DNA of 64,000 bases from an uncultured delta proteobacterium. GTDB taxonomy: Bacteria; Desulfobacterota; WTBG01. Position 1 is the stretch's first letter; every line of letters starts with the position of its first letter. The translations under genes and the position numbers were made by a program. This document shows positions 1-11,538 of the stretch, one piece after another. The notes beneath the pieces were generated by a model. The model had not been told where the DNA came from. It worked only from the letters and a program-made list of their open reading frames with translations, and searched no databases. The stretch is taken from positions 128,001 to 192,000 of the forward strand of contig CAWCBP010000001.1 of NCBI GenBank assembly GCA_963793865.1, in the 5' to 3' direction.

Positions 1-2164
1 ACTATGAAACTGCTGATACATCACCAGGGGTAGGTTTGTTTACTTCCCTTGCCCTAGACGCAGGGGGGAAGGCGCATATCAGCTATTATGATAACATTAA
101 CTATGACCTCAGGTATGCCACCAATAAGGGTGGCGCCTGGGTAACGGAGACAGTGGACAGTGCTGGAGATGCAGGAAGATATGCCTCCCTTGCCCTGGAC
201 GCAGGGGGGAAGGTCCACATCAGCTATTATGATGCCACTAACAATGATCTCAGGTATGCCACCAATAAGAGTGGAGTCTGGGTAGCTGAGACGGTGTATG
301 GTAATGAGTATCGTGGAAGCTACACCTCCCTTGCCTTGGATGCAGAGGGGAAGGCGCATATCGGTTATCGTTGTGGTGGCCTCAGGTATGTCTCCAATAA
401 GAATGGCGTTTGGATAGCGGTGACGGTTGATAGCTCTGTTTATGTTGGAGAATACACCTCCCTTGCCCTGGACGCAGAGGGGAAGGCGCACATAAGCTAT
501 TCTGGTTTACACAGTCTCAAGTATGCCACCAATAAGAGTGGTGCCTGGGTAACGGACACAGTGGATAGCGAGGCAGATGTGGGCTTTTGCACCTCCCTTG
601 CCCTGGATGGAGAGGGGAAAGTGTATATCAGCTATTATGATAATACTAACTATGACCTCAAGTATATCACCAATAAGAATGGTGCTTGGGTAACTGAGAA
701 TGTGGATAGCGCTGGATATGTAGGAACAGACAGCTCCCTTGCCCTGGATGGAGAGGGGAAAGTGTATATCAGCTATTATGATGATACTAACAATGGCCTC
801 AAGTATATCACCAATAAAAGTGGTGCCTGGGTAGCGGAGACAGTGGATAGTTATGGATATGTAGGAGAATACACCTCACTTGCCCTGGATGCAGAGGGCA
901 AAGCGCATATCAGCTATAATGATGATACTAACAATGGCCTCAAGTATGCTACCAATAAGATTTATTCCTGGGAAAAGGAGATAGTAGATAACACTGGAGG
1001 CGCACACCTCCCTTGCCCTGGATTCAGAGGGGAAGGTGCATATCGGTTATCGTTGTGATGGCCTCAAGTATGTCACCAATAAGCGTGGTGCCTGGGTAAC
1101 GGAGACGGTGGATAGCGCTGGATATGTAGGAACAGACAGCTCCCTTGCCCTGGACGGAGAAGGGAACGTGCACATCAGCTACTTTGATGATTATCCTAAC
1201 GCTGATCTCAAGTACGCCACCAATAAGAGTGGAGTCTGGGTAATGGAGACGGTGGATAGTTATGGATGGGTAGGCTACGACAGCTCCCTTGCCCTGGACT
1301 CAGAGGGGAAGGCGTATATAAGCTATTTTGATAGTGCTAGCGATGATCTCAAGTATGCCACCAATAAGAGTGGTGCCTGGGTAACGGAGACAGTGGATAG
1401 CTGCTGGAGATGTAGGAAGATATACCTCCCTTGCCCTGGACGCAGAGGGGAAGGCCCACATCAGCTATTATGATGCCACTAGCGATGATCTCAAGTATGC
1501 CACCAATAAGAGTGGTGCCTGGGTAACGGAGACAGTGGATAGCGCTGGAGATGTAGGAAGATATACCTCCCTTGCCCTGGACGCAGAGGGGAAGGCGTAT
1601 ATAAGCTATTTTGATAATACTAACTATGACCTCAAGTATATCACCAATAAGAGTGGTGCCTGGGTAGCGGAGACAGTGGATAGTTATGGAGATGTAGGAA
1701 GATACACCTCACTTGCCCTGGACGCAGAGGGGAAAGCGCATATCAGCTATAATGATGGCACTAACGAGGATCTCAAGTATGCCCAACAGACGATTGTAGA
1801 AGATTTTGATTGTGATACCATTCTAAATGATAATGACAACTGCCCCACGATCTCCAATCCCACTCAACAAGACACCCTCCCTCCACAAGGCAACGATATC
1901 GGTGACGCTTGCGACTGTGAAGGCAATTTTAATTGCTCGGTGGATCAAGATGTTGATGGCAGCGATGCGGCATTATTTAAGAGTGACTTTGGCAGGAATC
2001 TTATTACTGACCCCTGTACCGCTCTGGATCCCTGTCGCGGCGATTTTTCATGTGATGGCGATGTGGACGGCACCGACGCATCGCTGTTCAAATCCGACTT
2101 TGGCCGCAGTTCGATGCAAAATGCATGTCCTGCCTGTGTGCAGGGGGAGTGGTGCGGGTATTAA
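1..2164 (+). CDS. Large secreted repeat protein, 5'-truncated by the window edge: 13 visible ~47-aa 'TSLALD..G..HISYYD...DLKYA' beta-propeller repeats plus the Cys-rich dockerin-like C-terminal domain; split by frameshifts near 1000-1035 and ~1400
   Basis: ORFs 36-1058, 1036-1473 and 1535-2164 carry the same repeat in successive frames; the last ends in CDCEGNFNC...[14 protein letters not shown]...[22 protein letters not shown]...CP.C...WCGY. Confidence 0.8.
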
Positions 2165-2388
2165 GAAGCGATGTGAGATGTGAGATATGGGAGGTGCGAT
2201 AAAAAAGGCAGGAAAGCCGATGACAAAATTGATTGAGGATCTAGGAATGCGGATTGCGGAGGAAAAACGGAGTGCATGAAACGTACGCTCGGGGGAGAAG
2301 ACTGAGGAGGGAAGCGTTTCATTGGGTATCGCTATGCAATGCCTATCTATTGTCTGTGCCTTATTATTATTGAACAAAGGAGGATGCC

Positions 2389-4605
2389 ATGCAAAAATCA
2401 TTAGTTATAACTGTAATTGCGTTAGTTGTCACTCATGACCTTGGCATTAATCCCGTCAAAGCTCAGGTGCGCAGGTTCTGCAACAACCCGGGCGAGCCTT
2501 TGTTGAATCCATGGCTGAATACCAGTGGGTGCAGGGGGAACTCGAGAACAAGTGGTCGCAGTGGATGATGATGTCATCCGCGGACCCGCAGGACATTGAC
2601 GTGCAACAATATACCCTCTCTATTGAATTTTTCCCCGACACCTACTCCATCTCAGGTGAGGTTACCATTGATGCAGAGACGCTGTCACTCTCCCTGGCTA
2701 CACTTTCTATCGACTGCCATACCACTTTAACCGTTGATTCGCTTACCTTTGACGGATCACCCAAAAGTTACACCCACGCGGATGATAAGATAACACTCTC
2801 GTTTGATCCTCCCCTTGCACCCTCTCAGGCATTCACGGTAAACATCGCCTACCACGGCACCTTCACGCCTCTGCAAGAGTATGGTTTAATATTTGCTCAG
2901 CATGGTACGGGCAATGTGCCGGTCATCTCCAGCTTATCTGAACCTTACATGGCTCCATCCTGGTGGCCATGTATCGATAACCCCAATGATAAGTCACCCA
3001 TAGAATTTTATATAACCTGCTCTTCTGAAATTGGCGGGAACCAAATGGTGGGAGTATCCAATGGTTCCTTGACAGGGACCACCGACAACGGGGATGGGAC
3101 CACTACCTTCCACTGGAGTGAGACCTACCCGATTGCTACCTATCTGGTGATGGTTGCCATAAGCAACTATATTGAAATTGACACGCTTCCTGATACATAC
3201 GGCACCATGCCCCTCACGTACTATTGCTATCCGGAGCATGTGGAATTTTGCGAATATCAATACGCCCAGGTCTTCGACTTAATCGATCTGTTTGCTGACA
3301 AACTGGGCGAGTACCCTTTCATCGCTGAACAACATGCGATCATTGAAATCCCCATGGGATCAAATGGCATGGAGCATCAGACTATCACCTGCGTCAATGA
3401 TGAGCTGATGGGTCTTCCCATAGGAAGCTATCCCATGCGTGTCATTGTGGGGCATGAGGTGTCCCACCAGTGGTTCGGAGACGTAGGTGACCATGAAAAC
3501 CTGGAATGACATCTGGCTCAATGAAGGGCTGGCAACGTTCTTTCAATTTTACTACCGGGAGGCATTCGGTGAGATTTCGGCAGTTATAGAGAAGCTCAAG
3601 ATTTTTAATACGTCTATGTTTGGCGACTCGTATGCATATCCTGTCTATGTGAGGGATGCAACCGATCCCTTCGCCAATTCAGGAACCATTTACTTTAAGG
3701 GAGCATGGGTAGTGCATATGCTGAGAGAGATGATTGATGACGATGCGCTGTTCTTTTCTATCCTGGAAACATACCTGGCGAATTATGCCTATGGCAACAC
3801 GGAAACAGATGATTTGAGGACGGCCTTTGAAAGCGGCTTGGGGAGCTCACTTGAACCATTCTTTGATCAGTGGATATACACACCAGCCTGGCCAGTTTAT
3901 GCCGTTACCTACGAGAATTCCAGCCGGGAAGGCGGCTATAAGGTGGATATCAATATACGGCAGACCCAGACGCATGACGTGGTAGATGTTGCAGAAAATC
4001 CCCTTCGTGACTACTACATCATGCCCCTTGAATTCACCGTTCATTATACCGATGCAACTACTGAAGTCTTTAAGCTAACCAATGATCAGCGCAATCAGAG
4101 TTTCCAGCTGCTAACCACCAAAGAGCCGGACTATACCGTTTTCGACGAAGACATAAACGTACTGAAAGATGCGGAGGAAGCGGTGGTTTCTGATAACGAC
4201 GGCATTTTTATTGATGGAGATTACAGCGGGATACCCGGCGATAATTATTGCGCCGGCGGGGCAACAGAGAACTGTGACGATAACTGTCCTGCCACCGCTA
4301 ATCCCGCTCAGGAAGACACTTTACCTCCGGGTGGAAACGGGTGCGGCAATGCCTGTGAATGCGAGGGCAACTTTCAGGGTAATGATGTTGATTGCGACGG
4401 GTCGGACGCAGCGATCTTCAAAGTGGATTATGGCCGCAATTCCTTGACCAGGCCATGCAATGCCGGAGATCCGTGCAACGGGGATTTTTCATGTAACGGT
4501 AATGTGGATGGAACTGATGCCGCGCGGTTCAAGGCTGATTTTGGCAGAAACGGGCTCAACAAACCCTGTCCTTCCTGCGCAACAGTACCGTGGTGCTCGT
4601 ATTAG
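2389..4605 (+). CDS. Secreted M1-family zinc aminopeptidase with Cys-rich dockerin-like C-terminal domain; frameshifts near ~2470 and ~3485
   Basis: GMEH (GAMEN-like), HEVSHQWFG (HExxH), WLNEGLA and YFKGAWVVHMLR motifs across ORFs 2511-3509 and 3487-4605; AGGAGG RBS and signal-like MQKSLVITVIALVV at 2389. Confidence 0.85.
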
Positions 4606-4736
4606 ATTGCGTTGTTCGGCAGGCGGATTGAAAAGAGGGTGGTGTTTATTTAACAATTCCCGCCATGTCTGCGCTGGCATTGAACCGTGGTGTTATTATT
4701 AGCGCAAGCATACTCTTGACATAAGTGGAGGAAGAT

Positions 4737-6512
4737 ATGAAAACATTAGCGGGGCTAGCTGTTATCATTTTAACAGTGTGTGCCGGGATAACTCCGTGCT
4801 GTAGCGAGGAGTATTGGATCAAGGCATACGGAGGAGGCGGGGAGGATAGTGTTTCTGTAGTGCGGCAGACCTCGGACGGAGGATTTGTCGCGGGCGGGAC
4901 TTCCAGGTCGTTTGTTCCAACCGGTTCTGAAATAGTGGTGATGAAGCTTGATGGCGGAGGAAATGTCACCTGGCAAAAAACGTACGGCCTAAAAGAATTT
5001 ACTACCTTCTCTTGCATTCACGAAACTGCTGATGGGGGTTCTATTGTGGCCGGCAATGCCTCTGATGAAGCAATTGTCGGGTATGGTAATGCCTGGATTT
5101 TCAAGCTAAACGGCGCCGGGAACATCGTTTGGCAAAAATCCTACGGGGGAAATTACTGGCTAATCTATTCAATCGAGCAAACCGGCGATGGCGGATACAT
5201 TGCTGCCGGTGAATATGCATATGGATCAGTTGAACAGGGCATTTGGATCGTCAAACTTGATGGCAATGGAGAGATTGTGTGGCAAAAGGGGTTTGGCAAT
5301 AGAATTATGGGCAAAAGTATTCAACAGACATCAGACGGCGGATTCATTCTTCTCGGAATACCCACTTATGGTTATAGTAGAATTATAGTTATCAAACTTG
5401 ACAGCACCGGGGTGGTGACCTGGACAAAAGCCTACGCCAACAGATGCAGCTTCACTGACTTTAATATATACCCGGGTTCTATTGCAGAAGAATCCTACGG
5501 AGACTACATGCTGACATTTTATTGTGGCGGCAGTGGGACCGGTGTGCTGATGCTTCGCAGCGATGGCAGTGTTTTGTGGTCAAAGGTATACTCGGCAGGA
5601 GATGCAAGATTTTCCGCAATTCAACAAATTGCGGACGGAGAATATATTATTGCCGGCAGGATGGGGACTGATGCCCTGGTGGTAAAGCTTAATGAGTACA
5701 GGGCCATTACCTGGCAGAAGAAATATGGGGGCAGTAATGCAGATTATGCAAATTCCATCCAGCGGACCATCGATGGCGGATATATCATCGGCGGCAGCAC
5801 CAGGTCCTTTGGTGCAGGCGGCAATGACGGCTGGGCGCTTAAAATTGATGGCAACGGTGCCATTCCGGGTTGTTCGGTCATCTCTCATAGCACGGCAAGT
5901 TTTTCTGATATGCCTTATGCCTGGACCGTCGGGTCCTGCTGTGGGGAATCGGAGGTCGGCCCTGTGGCGGTGACCGATACTGACTGCATACCCCGTGACA
6001 GTTTAGCAGCGGAACAGGGCATATGCAGTTACGCTATTCCTGATGACATGGATGGGGATGGAACTCTCAATTACCTGGACAGTTGTCCGCTGATTCCGAA
6101 TGGTCCTGCCCTGGGCATATGCATGCGGGGGACTGTGATAGGCGCAACTTGCACGAGCGATGAAGCGTGCGGATTAAATGGGGACTGCTTCTTGAACCAG
6201 GAGGAGTATGCATGCGTCTGTATGTCGGATTTTGATTGTGATTTGGACGCAGATGGCTCCGATGCGGTCAGAATTAAATCCCATTTTGGACGGTACATCT
6301 TAAGCAACCCCTGCAGCAATGAAAGCCCCTGTAATGGTGATTTCAACTGCGATAGTGATGTGGATGGCAGCGATGTCGCGCAGTTCAAGAGCGCCTTTGG
6401 CCGCTTCTTTTGTTTAAGCGGATCCTTCGCTTCGGATGACTACACAGCTTCATGCATGAGTCCCTGCTTTGATTGCATTGATGAGTTATACGCCTATACT
6501 TGCACCTATTGA
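4737..6512 (+). CDS. Secreted beta-propeller repeat protein ('SIQQTSDGGYIIAG...WILKLDG.GNI.WQK.YGG' repeats) with a variant Cys-rich dockerin-like C-terminal domain
   Basis: Signal-like N-terminus MKTLAGLAVIILTVCAG; repeats; C-terminal DFDCDLDADGSDA...FGR...GDFNCDSDVDGSD..FKSAFGR. Confidence 0.8.
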   Translation: MKTLAGLAVIILTVCAGITPCCSEEYWIKAYGGGGEDSVSVVRQTSDGGFVAGGTSRSFVPTGSEIVVMKLDGGGNVTWQKTYGLKEFTTFSCIHETADGGSIVAGNASDEAIVGYGNAWIFKLNGAGNIVWQKSYGGNYWLIYSIEQTGDGGYIAAGEYAYGSVEQGIWIVKLDGNGEIVWQKGFGNRIMGKSIQQTSDGGFILLGIPTYGYSRIIVIKLDSTGVVTWTKAYANRCSFTDFNIYPGSIAEESYGDYMLTFYCGGSGTGVLMLRSDGSVLWSKVYSAGDARFSAIQQIADGEYIIAGRMGTDALVVKLNEYRAITWQKKYGGSNADYANSIQRTIDGGYIIGGSTRSFGAGGNDGWALKIDGNGAIPGCSVISHSTASFSDMPYAWTVGSCCGESEVGPVAVTDTDCIPRDSLAAEQGICSYAIPDDMDGDGTLNYLDSCPLIPNGPALGICMRGTVIGATCTSDEACGLNGDCFLNQEEYACVCMSDFDCDLDADGSDAVRIKSHFGRYILSNPCSNESPCNGDFNCDSDVDGSDVAQFKSAFGRFFCLSGSFASDDYTASCMSPCFDCIDELYAYTCTY

Positions 6513-6745
6513 GAGGGGAGAGGGTTCAGGGTACAGGCAAAAACAGTTTGCAGTTGACAGTTTACAGGAGGCAGCATAATTTATGCGGAATCCGGCATTA
6601 TATGGTTTTGGGATGAGTGAACAGCGTACAGGGGTTGGAAACTTCAATTGCAGCAAACTGTAAACCGGCAACTGTCAACTGAAAACTTATACTCGACAGA
6701 GTTCAATGGCAAACAACAATAGTTAACACCCAAAGAGGTACAATC

Positions 6746-7432
6746 ATGAAACTTTCAGTTATACAGGCAAGTCCGCATGGCATGAAAGGTTACACCGGAA
6801 GGCTGCTCAAGCCGTTCCTGGCGGCTGCGAATGAGGCCGGGGCAGAAGTTGATCTCTTTTCCTTTGATTCACTGACGGTTCATCCCTGCAAGGGCTGTGT
6901 TGAGATCTGTCACGGCAAGGGTTCCTGTTACCTGGAGGATGACTGTAAAAAAATCCTGGAGAGCATGCTTGTCGCCGACGGCATTGTGTTCGCCGTTCCC
7001 AATTACATGTTCGGTGTGACCGCGCAGCTGAAAGCGCTGCTGGACCGATTGAGCTTCACCCTGCACTGCATGCGCTTGTACGGCAAATATGCCACCACCC
7101 TGGTGACCTGCGGCGGGTCGCCGCCGGAAGACGTTGAGAACTATTTACATAAAATCCTGCCCCAGTTCGGCCTGCGGCTGATTGACGGCATTAACGGCGT
7201 AATGCTGCAGTTCGAGGATCCGGACGAAAGCGCGAAGCTCGAGAAGGCTTCCGCAGACCTTTGCCGGCGCCTGGTTCGGGCCATACAGCAGAAGGAAACC
7301 CGTCCCGAACAGGAAGAGCAGATCAGGCAGGCTTTTGAAATAAACAGTTTTATCGTCCAGTCCCAGCAGGAAAAGTGGCCTTTTGCCTTTGACTATTGGA
7401 ACAAACACTGGGATCAGCAGCCCAATGAATAA
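6746..7432 (+). CDS. Flavodoxin-family / iron-sulfur flavoprotein (NADPH-dependent FMN reductase fold)
   Basis: ASPHG..GYT, PCKGCVEIC..KGSC Cys cluster, ADGIVFAVPNY, LKALLDR. Confidence 0.85.
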   Translation: MKLSVIQASPHGMKGYTGRLLKPFLAAANEAGAEVDLFSFDSLTVHPCKGCVEICHGKGSCYLEDDCKKILESMLVADGIVFAVPNYMFGVTAQLKALLDRLSFTLHCMRLYGKYATTLVTCGGSPPEDVENYLHKILPQFGLRLIDGINGVMLQFEDPDESAKLEKASADLCRRLVRAIQQKETRPEQEEQIRQAFEINSFIVQSQQEKWPFAFDYWNKHWDQQPNE

Positions 7433-8330
7433 GTTAATTGTAGTAATTTTCCTAATATCGATCAGTTGCAGCAGTGCTATTGCCGGTTATGGTGTTTTGT
7501 ACGAGGATTGTAGTTTCCATGTTCCGGGTATGCCTCCTATAGCAGACGGTCATTACTCTTCTTCTTGTACTTGTTGTTGTGGCATGTGTGCTTTTTGCTC
7601 TTCTGATGTCACTCGTGGTATAGAGGTGGGATATTATAGCAGCTCCGGTGGATACTGTGGGTGGATGAGTGGTTGTAGTGGGACTATTGAAACATATTCA
7701 AGTGGTATTATTGAATTTAATATCACAAGCGTGGATAGTTTATTCAACGGGGATCAAATCGAAGCAGAACTTTCTTTGCAAGTGAAACGTGGTAATTTAC
7801 CATGGTATAAATGTCTTTCTTTATATAACATTCAGGATGCAAACGAGAATGGAGTTATTGAAGGGGTTGATGTTACTAATGTTAATGATTATATAGACAC
7901 AATCTGTGAAAACCTTCTACCCGGAGATATGATTACCTTTGATGTAACGTCAGCCGTAGAACATGATTTGTTTACCTCAGATCAGACAGTTTTCTCTGGA
8001 TTCGTTATAACAGCTAATGCCCCCGGATGGGGTGAGAGGTCAATCAGGTTGTATGATCGCACGCATCCTTTTCTTGGTCCTAAATTACGAGTCAGTGGTA
8101 TGTGTCCTGTATCAGTCATTTACGGAACGTCTTCAGAACAAAGCAAGGTTCTCAGATACTGCCGTGACAATGTATTATCCAGAACCTCAGAAGGCCGGGA
8201 ACTGGTAGAACTTTACTACCAATGGAGTCCTGCTATAGTTAGGGCAATGGAGGATGATGAAGAATTTAAGGAGGGAGTTAAAGAATCAATAGATGCTATT
8301 TTGCTGATGCTTGAAAAAGTGATGAAATAA
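7425..8330 (+). CDS. Secreted Cys-rich protein with a beta-sandwich (DNRLRE/CBM96-like) domain and a CFI-box-CTERM-like C-terminal tail
   Basis: Signal peptide MNKLIVVIFLISISCSSAIA; middle domain homologous to part of 52220-54766; tail CP..VIYG...LRYCRDNVL....EG..LV.LYYQWSP. Confidence 0.7.
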   Translation: MNKLIVVIFLISISCSSAIAGYGVLYEDCSFHVPGMPPIADGHYSSSCTCCCGMCAFCSSDVTRGIEVGYYSSSGGYCGWMSGCSGTIETYSSGIIEFNITSVDSLFNGDQIEAELSLQVKRGNLPWYKCLSLYNIQDANENGVIEGVDVTNVNDYIDTICENLLPGDMITFDVTSAVEHDLFTSDQTVFSGFVITANAPGWGERSIRLYDRTHPFLGPKLRVSGMCPVSVIYGTSSEQSKVLRYCRDNVLSRTSEGRELVELYYQWSPAIVRAMEDDEEFKEGVKESIDAILLMLEKVMK

Positions 8331-8400
8331 ACTCGAATCAGATTTTGGTTGCTGCTGGTTCAGAAACCCCTGCCTTTGAGATCTTGTCACATGAGGACGA

Positions 8401-8518
8401 TGTCATTTTGTACCTTTCGATGCAACTCAGGATGGACTCCGTGAGGAATCTTATGTAAGGGTACGGTGCGCTGTGCACCTGCAATTTTCAAGATTTCTCG
8501 GATTCTCTCGAAATGACA
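8401..8518. repeat. REP/MITE-like palindromic element (TGTCAT...GTGAGGAATCT...AGATTTCTCGGATTC.CTCGAAATGACA family)
   Basis: Same motifs recur at ~36982-37070, and partially at ~9887 and ~32960-33045. Confidence 0.6.
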
Positions 8519-8569
8519 AGATGTCGAATTCTGCCGCCACATCAAAAAATATGAAAGGGGGAAGTTAAG

Positions 8570-9801
8570 GTGAAACAGAGTAAGACAATAGTACTGATAC
8601 TTGTTTTTTTGCTAAGTGCTCTCGCGGCATGCCTGGCGCTTTTTTTCAGAAGCTCCGGCTGCGGCACTGACAGCGGGTTTGTTACCGGCGAGCGAACCAT
8701 ACATGTCAAATGGAGTGCAAAGGGTATACTATCTCAAGCTCCCGGAGCCCTATGATGCTTCAATCCCTTATCCTCTGGTCTTTGGCTTTCATGGTGCGAG
8801 CGGGGACTATACAAGTTTTACCGAAGGGTATTATGATTTCCAAAGTGTCGTCGGCGAGGAAGCGATTCTCGTCTATCCCAATGGACTTGCCAATGATGCC
8901 GGGCTGACCCAGTGGGACCAGGAGAATGATCTCATCTTTTTCGATGACCTGTACCGGGAACTTGAAGCGAATCTCTGCTTCGATACCAGCAGGGTGTTCG
9001 CCGCGGGCCACAGCGCCGGTGCGGGTTTTACCCACGCACTGGGGTGCAGGAGAGGAGATATACTTAGAGCTATTGCTCCTGTGGCCGGTTCACTGTTAGA
9101 CCGTGAAAATTGCATAGGCCAGGTTGCGGTGCTCCAGATACAGGGGACGAACGACAATCTTGTCCCCCTGGGTCTGATTAAGCCTGCCCGGGACTATTGG
9201 ATAGCAATCAACAGTTGTACCAAAGAGGAAACCGGGGAGGGAATTGATCCTGAGTGTATTGCATATGGCGGGTGTGATGTTCAGTTCCCGGTGGAATATT
9301 GTGAGCATGACGGGAGGGCACGAGTGGCCTGATTTTGCAAGTGAAGCGATCTGGAACTTCTTTAAAAGTCTTCCTCCGTCAGCCCCCTCGGACAAACCCG
9401 GCAGGGGAGATGTTGACAACCTGGGTAAAGGCACCATCAGCTTCAGCGTCCACTACCCCGCCGATTTTGTAGGCACACCGGTAAAAATGGTGCTGGCCCT
9501 TTATCCATATAATACGGTTCCCCCGATCTCAACTGCTCCTTCCTTTGTCCTGGGTCTTGATGTCCCTCTGGGTGAATATCAGTTCGGTGAAATTACCGAA
9601 TACACTGATGTGGAGATCAGCCTTCTGGGTTTGGACTATGGTGACTACGCGCTGACCGTGGTGGTTTATGTGGAAGGGAGCAGCTATCCGATGCCCACCA
9701 ATGGAAAGGATTACCAGGGTTTACAGAATGTTACCATCAACAGCACCACCCTGTTTGTCGATACACCCATTGAACTGGCACCCGTGCAGATGAGCTTTTA
9801 A
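8570..9801 (+). CDS. Secreted PHB-depolymerase/feruloyl-esterase-like (LpqC-type) alpha/beta hydrolase with C-terminal extension; frameshifted near ~8690 and ~9315
   Basis: PLVFGFHG, LVYPNG, GHSAGAG nucleophile elbow, IQGTND.LVP and GGHEWP motifs spread over three frames. Confidence 0.75.
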
Positions 9802-9839
9802 AGAGGGTAAGAATTACCCTCGTGTTTGATAAATACTTC

Positions 9840-9864
9840 GTAGGGGCGACCGGCCGGTCGCCCT
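9840..9864. repeat. GTAG-type REP palindrome GTAGGGGCGACCGGCCGGTCGCCC
   Basis: Same palindrome at 18475-18502 and 22921-22948. Confidence 0.8.
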
Positions 9865-10002
9865 TGTTTGTCTCCATGGCAGGAAATGTCATTCCGAACG
9901 AAGGTGAGTAATCATAGATACTGGAATTGTTTCATGTTACTTCCTCCCCGATGGATGTCCACCCGGTGTATATATTCCCCCGCAGTACTGCATCATTTGG
10001 TA

Positions 10003-10031
10003 TTGACACCTCTTTTTAAAAAATATAGAGT
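10003..10031 (+). promoter_or_regulatory. Putative sigma70 promoter (TTGACA-17-TAGAGT)
   Basis: Perfect -35, 17-bp spacer and TAnnnT -10 just upstream of the MEMO1 gene. Confidence 0.5.
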
Positions 10032-10051
10032 ACGAGGCTTAAAAAGCATTC

Positions 10052-11299
10052 ATGAATGAATCCGGAATGAGCATGGATTATCCAAAGTTAAGAAGTATCG
10101 ATATTTTCCCCTTCGAAGCCGCCGGTCGGAAAGCGATTGGATTGCGGGACCCTGCAGTCATGAATGACCGGGTGCTGGTGATTTCCTACCCCGCTTTTTT
10201 CATTGTCAGCCTTTTTGACGGCACGCGATCCCTGCTGGATATCAAGGCCGAGTACACGAGAAAATACGGGGAGATGATTTTTACCGAGCAGCTTGAAGAG
10301 ATGGTTAAGCAGCTTGATGAGAATTATCTCCTGGAGAGCGAGCGCTACCAGACATATCGCGTTCAAATGGAAGATGAGTTCAGGAAGTCTGAGATACGCT
10401 GCGCGGCATATGCGGGGAAAAGTTACGAGGCTGAACCCGGCAGGCTGACAGAGCAGATTGACGGATTTTTCACTGATCCGCGGGGGCCGGGAAAACCCGG
10501 GCCTGCAAAAGCAGCATCTTCCATAAAGGGCCTTATCGCGCCGCACATTGATTTCCAGCGCGGCGGCCCCTGCTATGCCTGGGCCTATAAAGAGCTGGCT
10601 GAATCAGCTCCGCCGGATCTCTTCATTATATTGGGGACCGTCCACCTCCCCGCGCTCAACCCGTTCATACTGACGAAGAAAAAATTTGAAACGCCCTTCG
10701 GAGTGGTTGATACCGCATCTGACATTGTAGATGACCTTGCGAAACAATTGCCGTTTGACCCTTTCCAGGATGAGCTCCTGCACAAGTCCGAACACACCAT
10801 TGAATTTCAGGTTGTCTTGTTAAGCTATCTCTTCGGTGACATCACACGGTTCCGTGTTGTCCCCATCCTCTGCGGATCGTTTCAAGACGTGATAGCAGGA
10901 GATGTTGCGGCGGATCAAAAGACGCACCTCTCTGATTTTATAGCCTGCCTGCGGGAAGCGGTGGGGAAGTCCGGCTGCAAGTCCTGTTACATTGCCAGCG
11001 CGGACCTGGCCCATGTGGGGCAGCGCTTCGGCGCCGCTGCCGCTCCCTCACCTGAGGACCTGCGGGATGTTGAGCTGCAGGACCGGGCTATGCTTTCTCA
11101 CGCAGAGCGCCTTGATGCAGAAGGATTTTGTGATTTTATTCAAAGAGAAAGGGACAGGAGGAACATCTGCGGACTGCCGCCCATCTACACCCTGCTCAGG
11201 GCCATGGATGCACAGGAGGGAAAGCTGCTTGACTACCGGCAGGCGGTGGAGCCGGAGGGCGGTTCGGCAGTGACCTTCGCCAGCATGGTGTTCAGGTAG
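10052..11299 (+). CDS. amrB: AmmeMemoRadiSam system protein B (MEMO1 family) with N-terminal extension
   Basis: IAPHIDF..GG, H..EHTIEFQ, IASADLAHVG and NICG motifs. Confidence 0.85.
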   Translation: MNESGMSMDYPKLRSIDIFPFEAAGRKAIGLRDPAVMNDRVLVISYPAFFIVSLFDGTRSLLDIKAEYTRKYGEMIFTEQLEEMVKQLDENYLLESERYQTYRVQMEDEFRKSEIRCAAYAGKSYEAEPGRLTEQIDGFFTDPRGPGKPGPAKAASSIKGLIAPHIDFQRGGPCYAWAYKELAESAPPDLFIILGTVHLPALNPFILTKKKFETPFGVVDTASDIVDDLAKQLPFDPFQDELLHKSEHTIEFQVVLLSYLFGDITRFRVVPILCGSFQDVIAGDVAADQKTHLSDFIACLREAVGKSGCKSCYIASADLAHVGQRFGAAAAPSPEDLRDVELQDRAMLSHAERLDAEGFCDFIQRERDRRNICGLPPIYTLLRAMDAQEGKLLDYRQAVEPEGGSAVTFASMVFR

Positions 11300-11520
11300 G
11301 AGAGATGTGCATTGCGATGTGGATGACGAGGAGCCGTAGAAGTCAGGAGCCAGAATTCAGAATCAAATACCCCTGTAGGAGCGGCTTTTAGCCGCGAAAG
11401 ATGTGGCGGGGGAATTCAGAAGTCAGGAGGCGAAATCCAATACTCCAGTACTCCATCACTGTCAGAAGTCAGAATTCAAGAGCCAGAATACTAACCCGGT
11501 AGGAGCGGCTTTAGCCGCGA
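11300..11520. repeat. Intergenic mosaic of short repeats (AGTCAG(G/A), CAGAATT, TACTCCA) and two GTAGGAGCGGCTT(T)TAGCCGCGA REPs (11375, 11499)
   Basis: Direct inspection; similar mosaic at 12865-13110. Confidence 0.7.
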
Positions 11521-11538
11521 AGACGCAAGGAGCAAAAA

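Noticed and set aside
36..1790. Regularly spaced direct repeats resembling a CRISPR array
   Set aside because: Period ~141 bp, in-frame protein repeats with synonymous variation, no unique spacers and no cas genes
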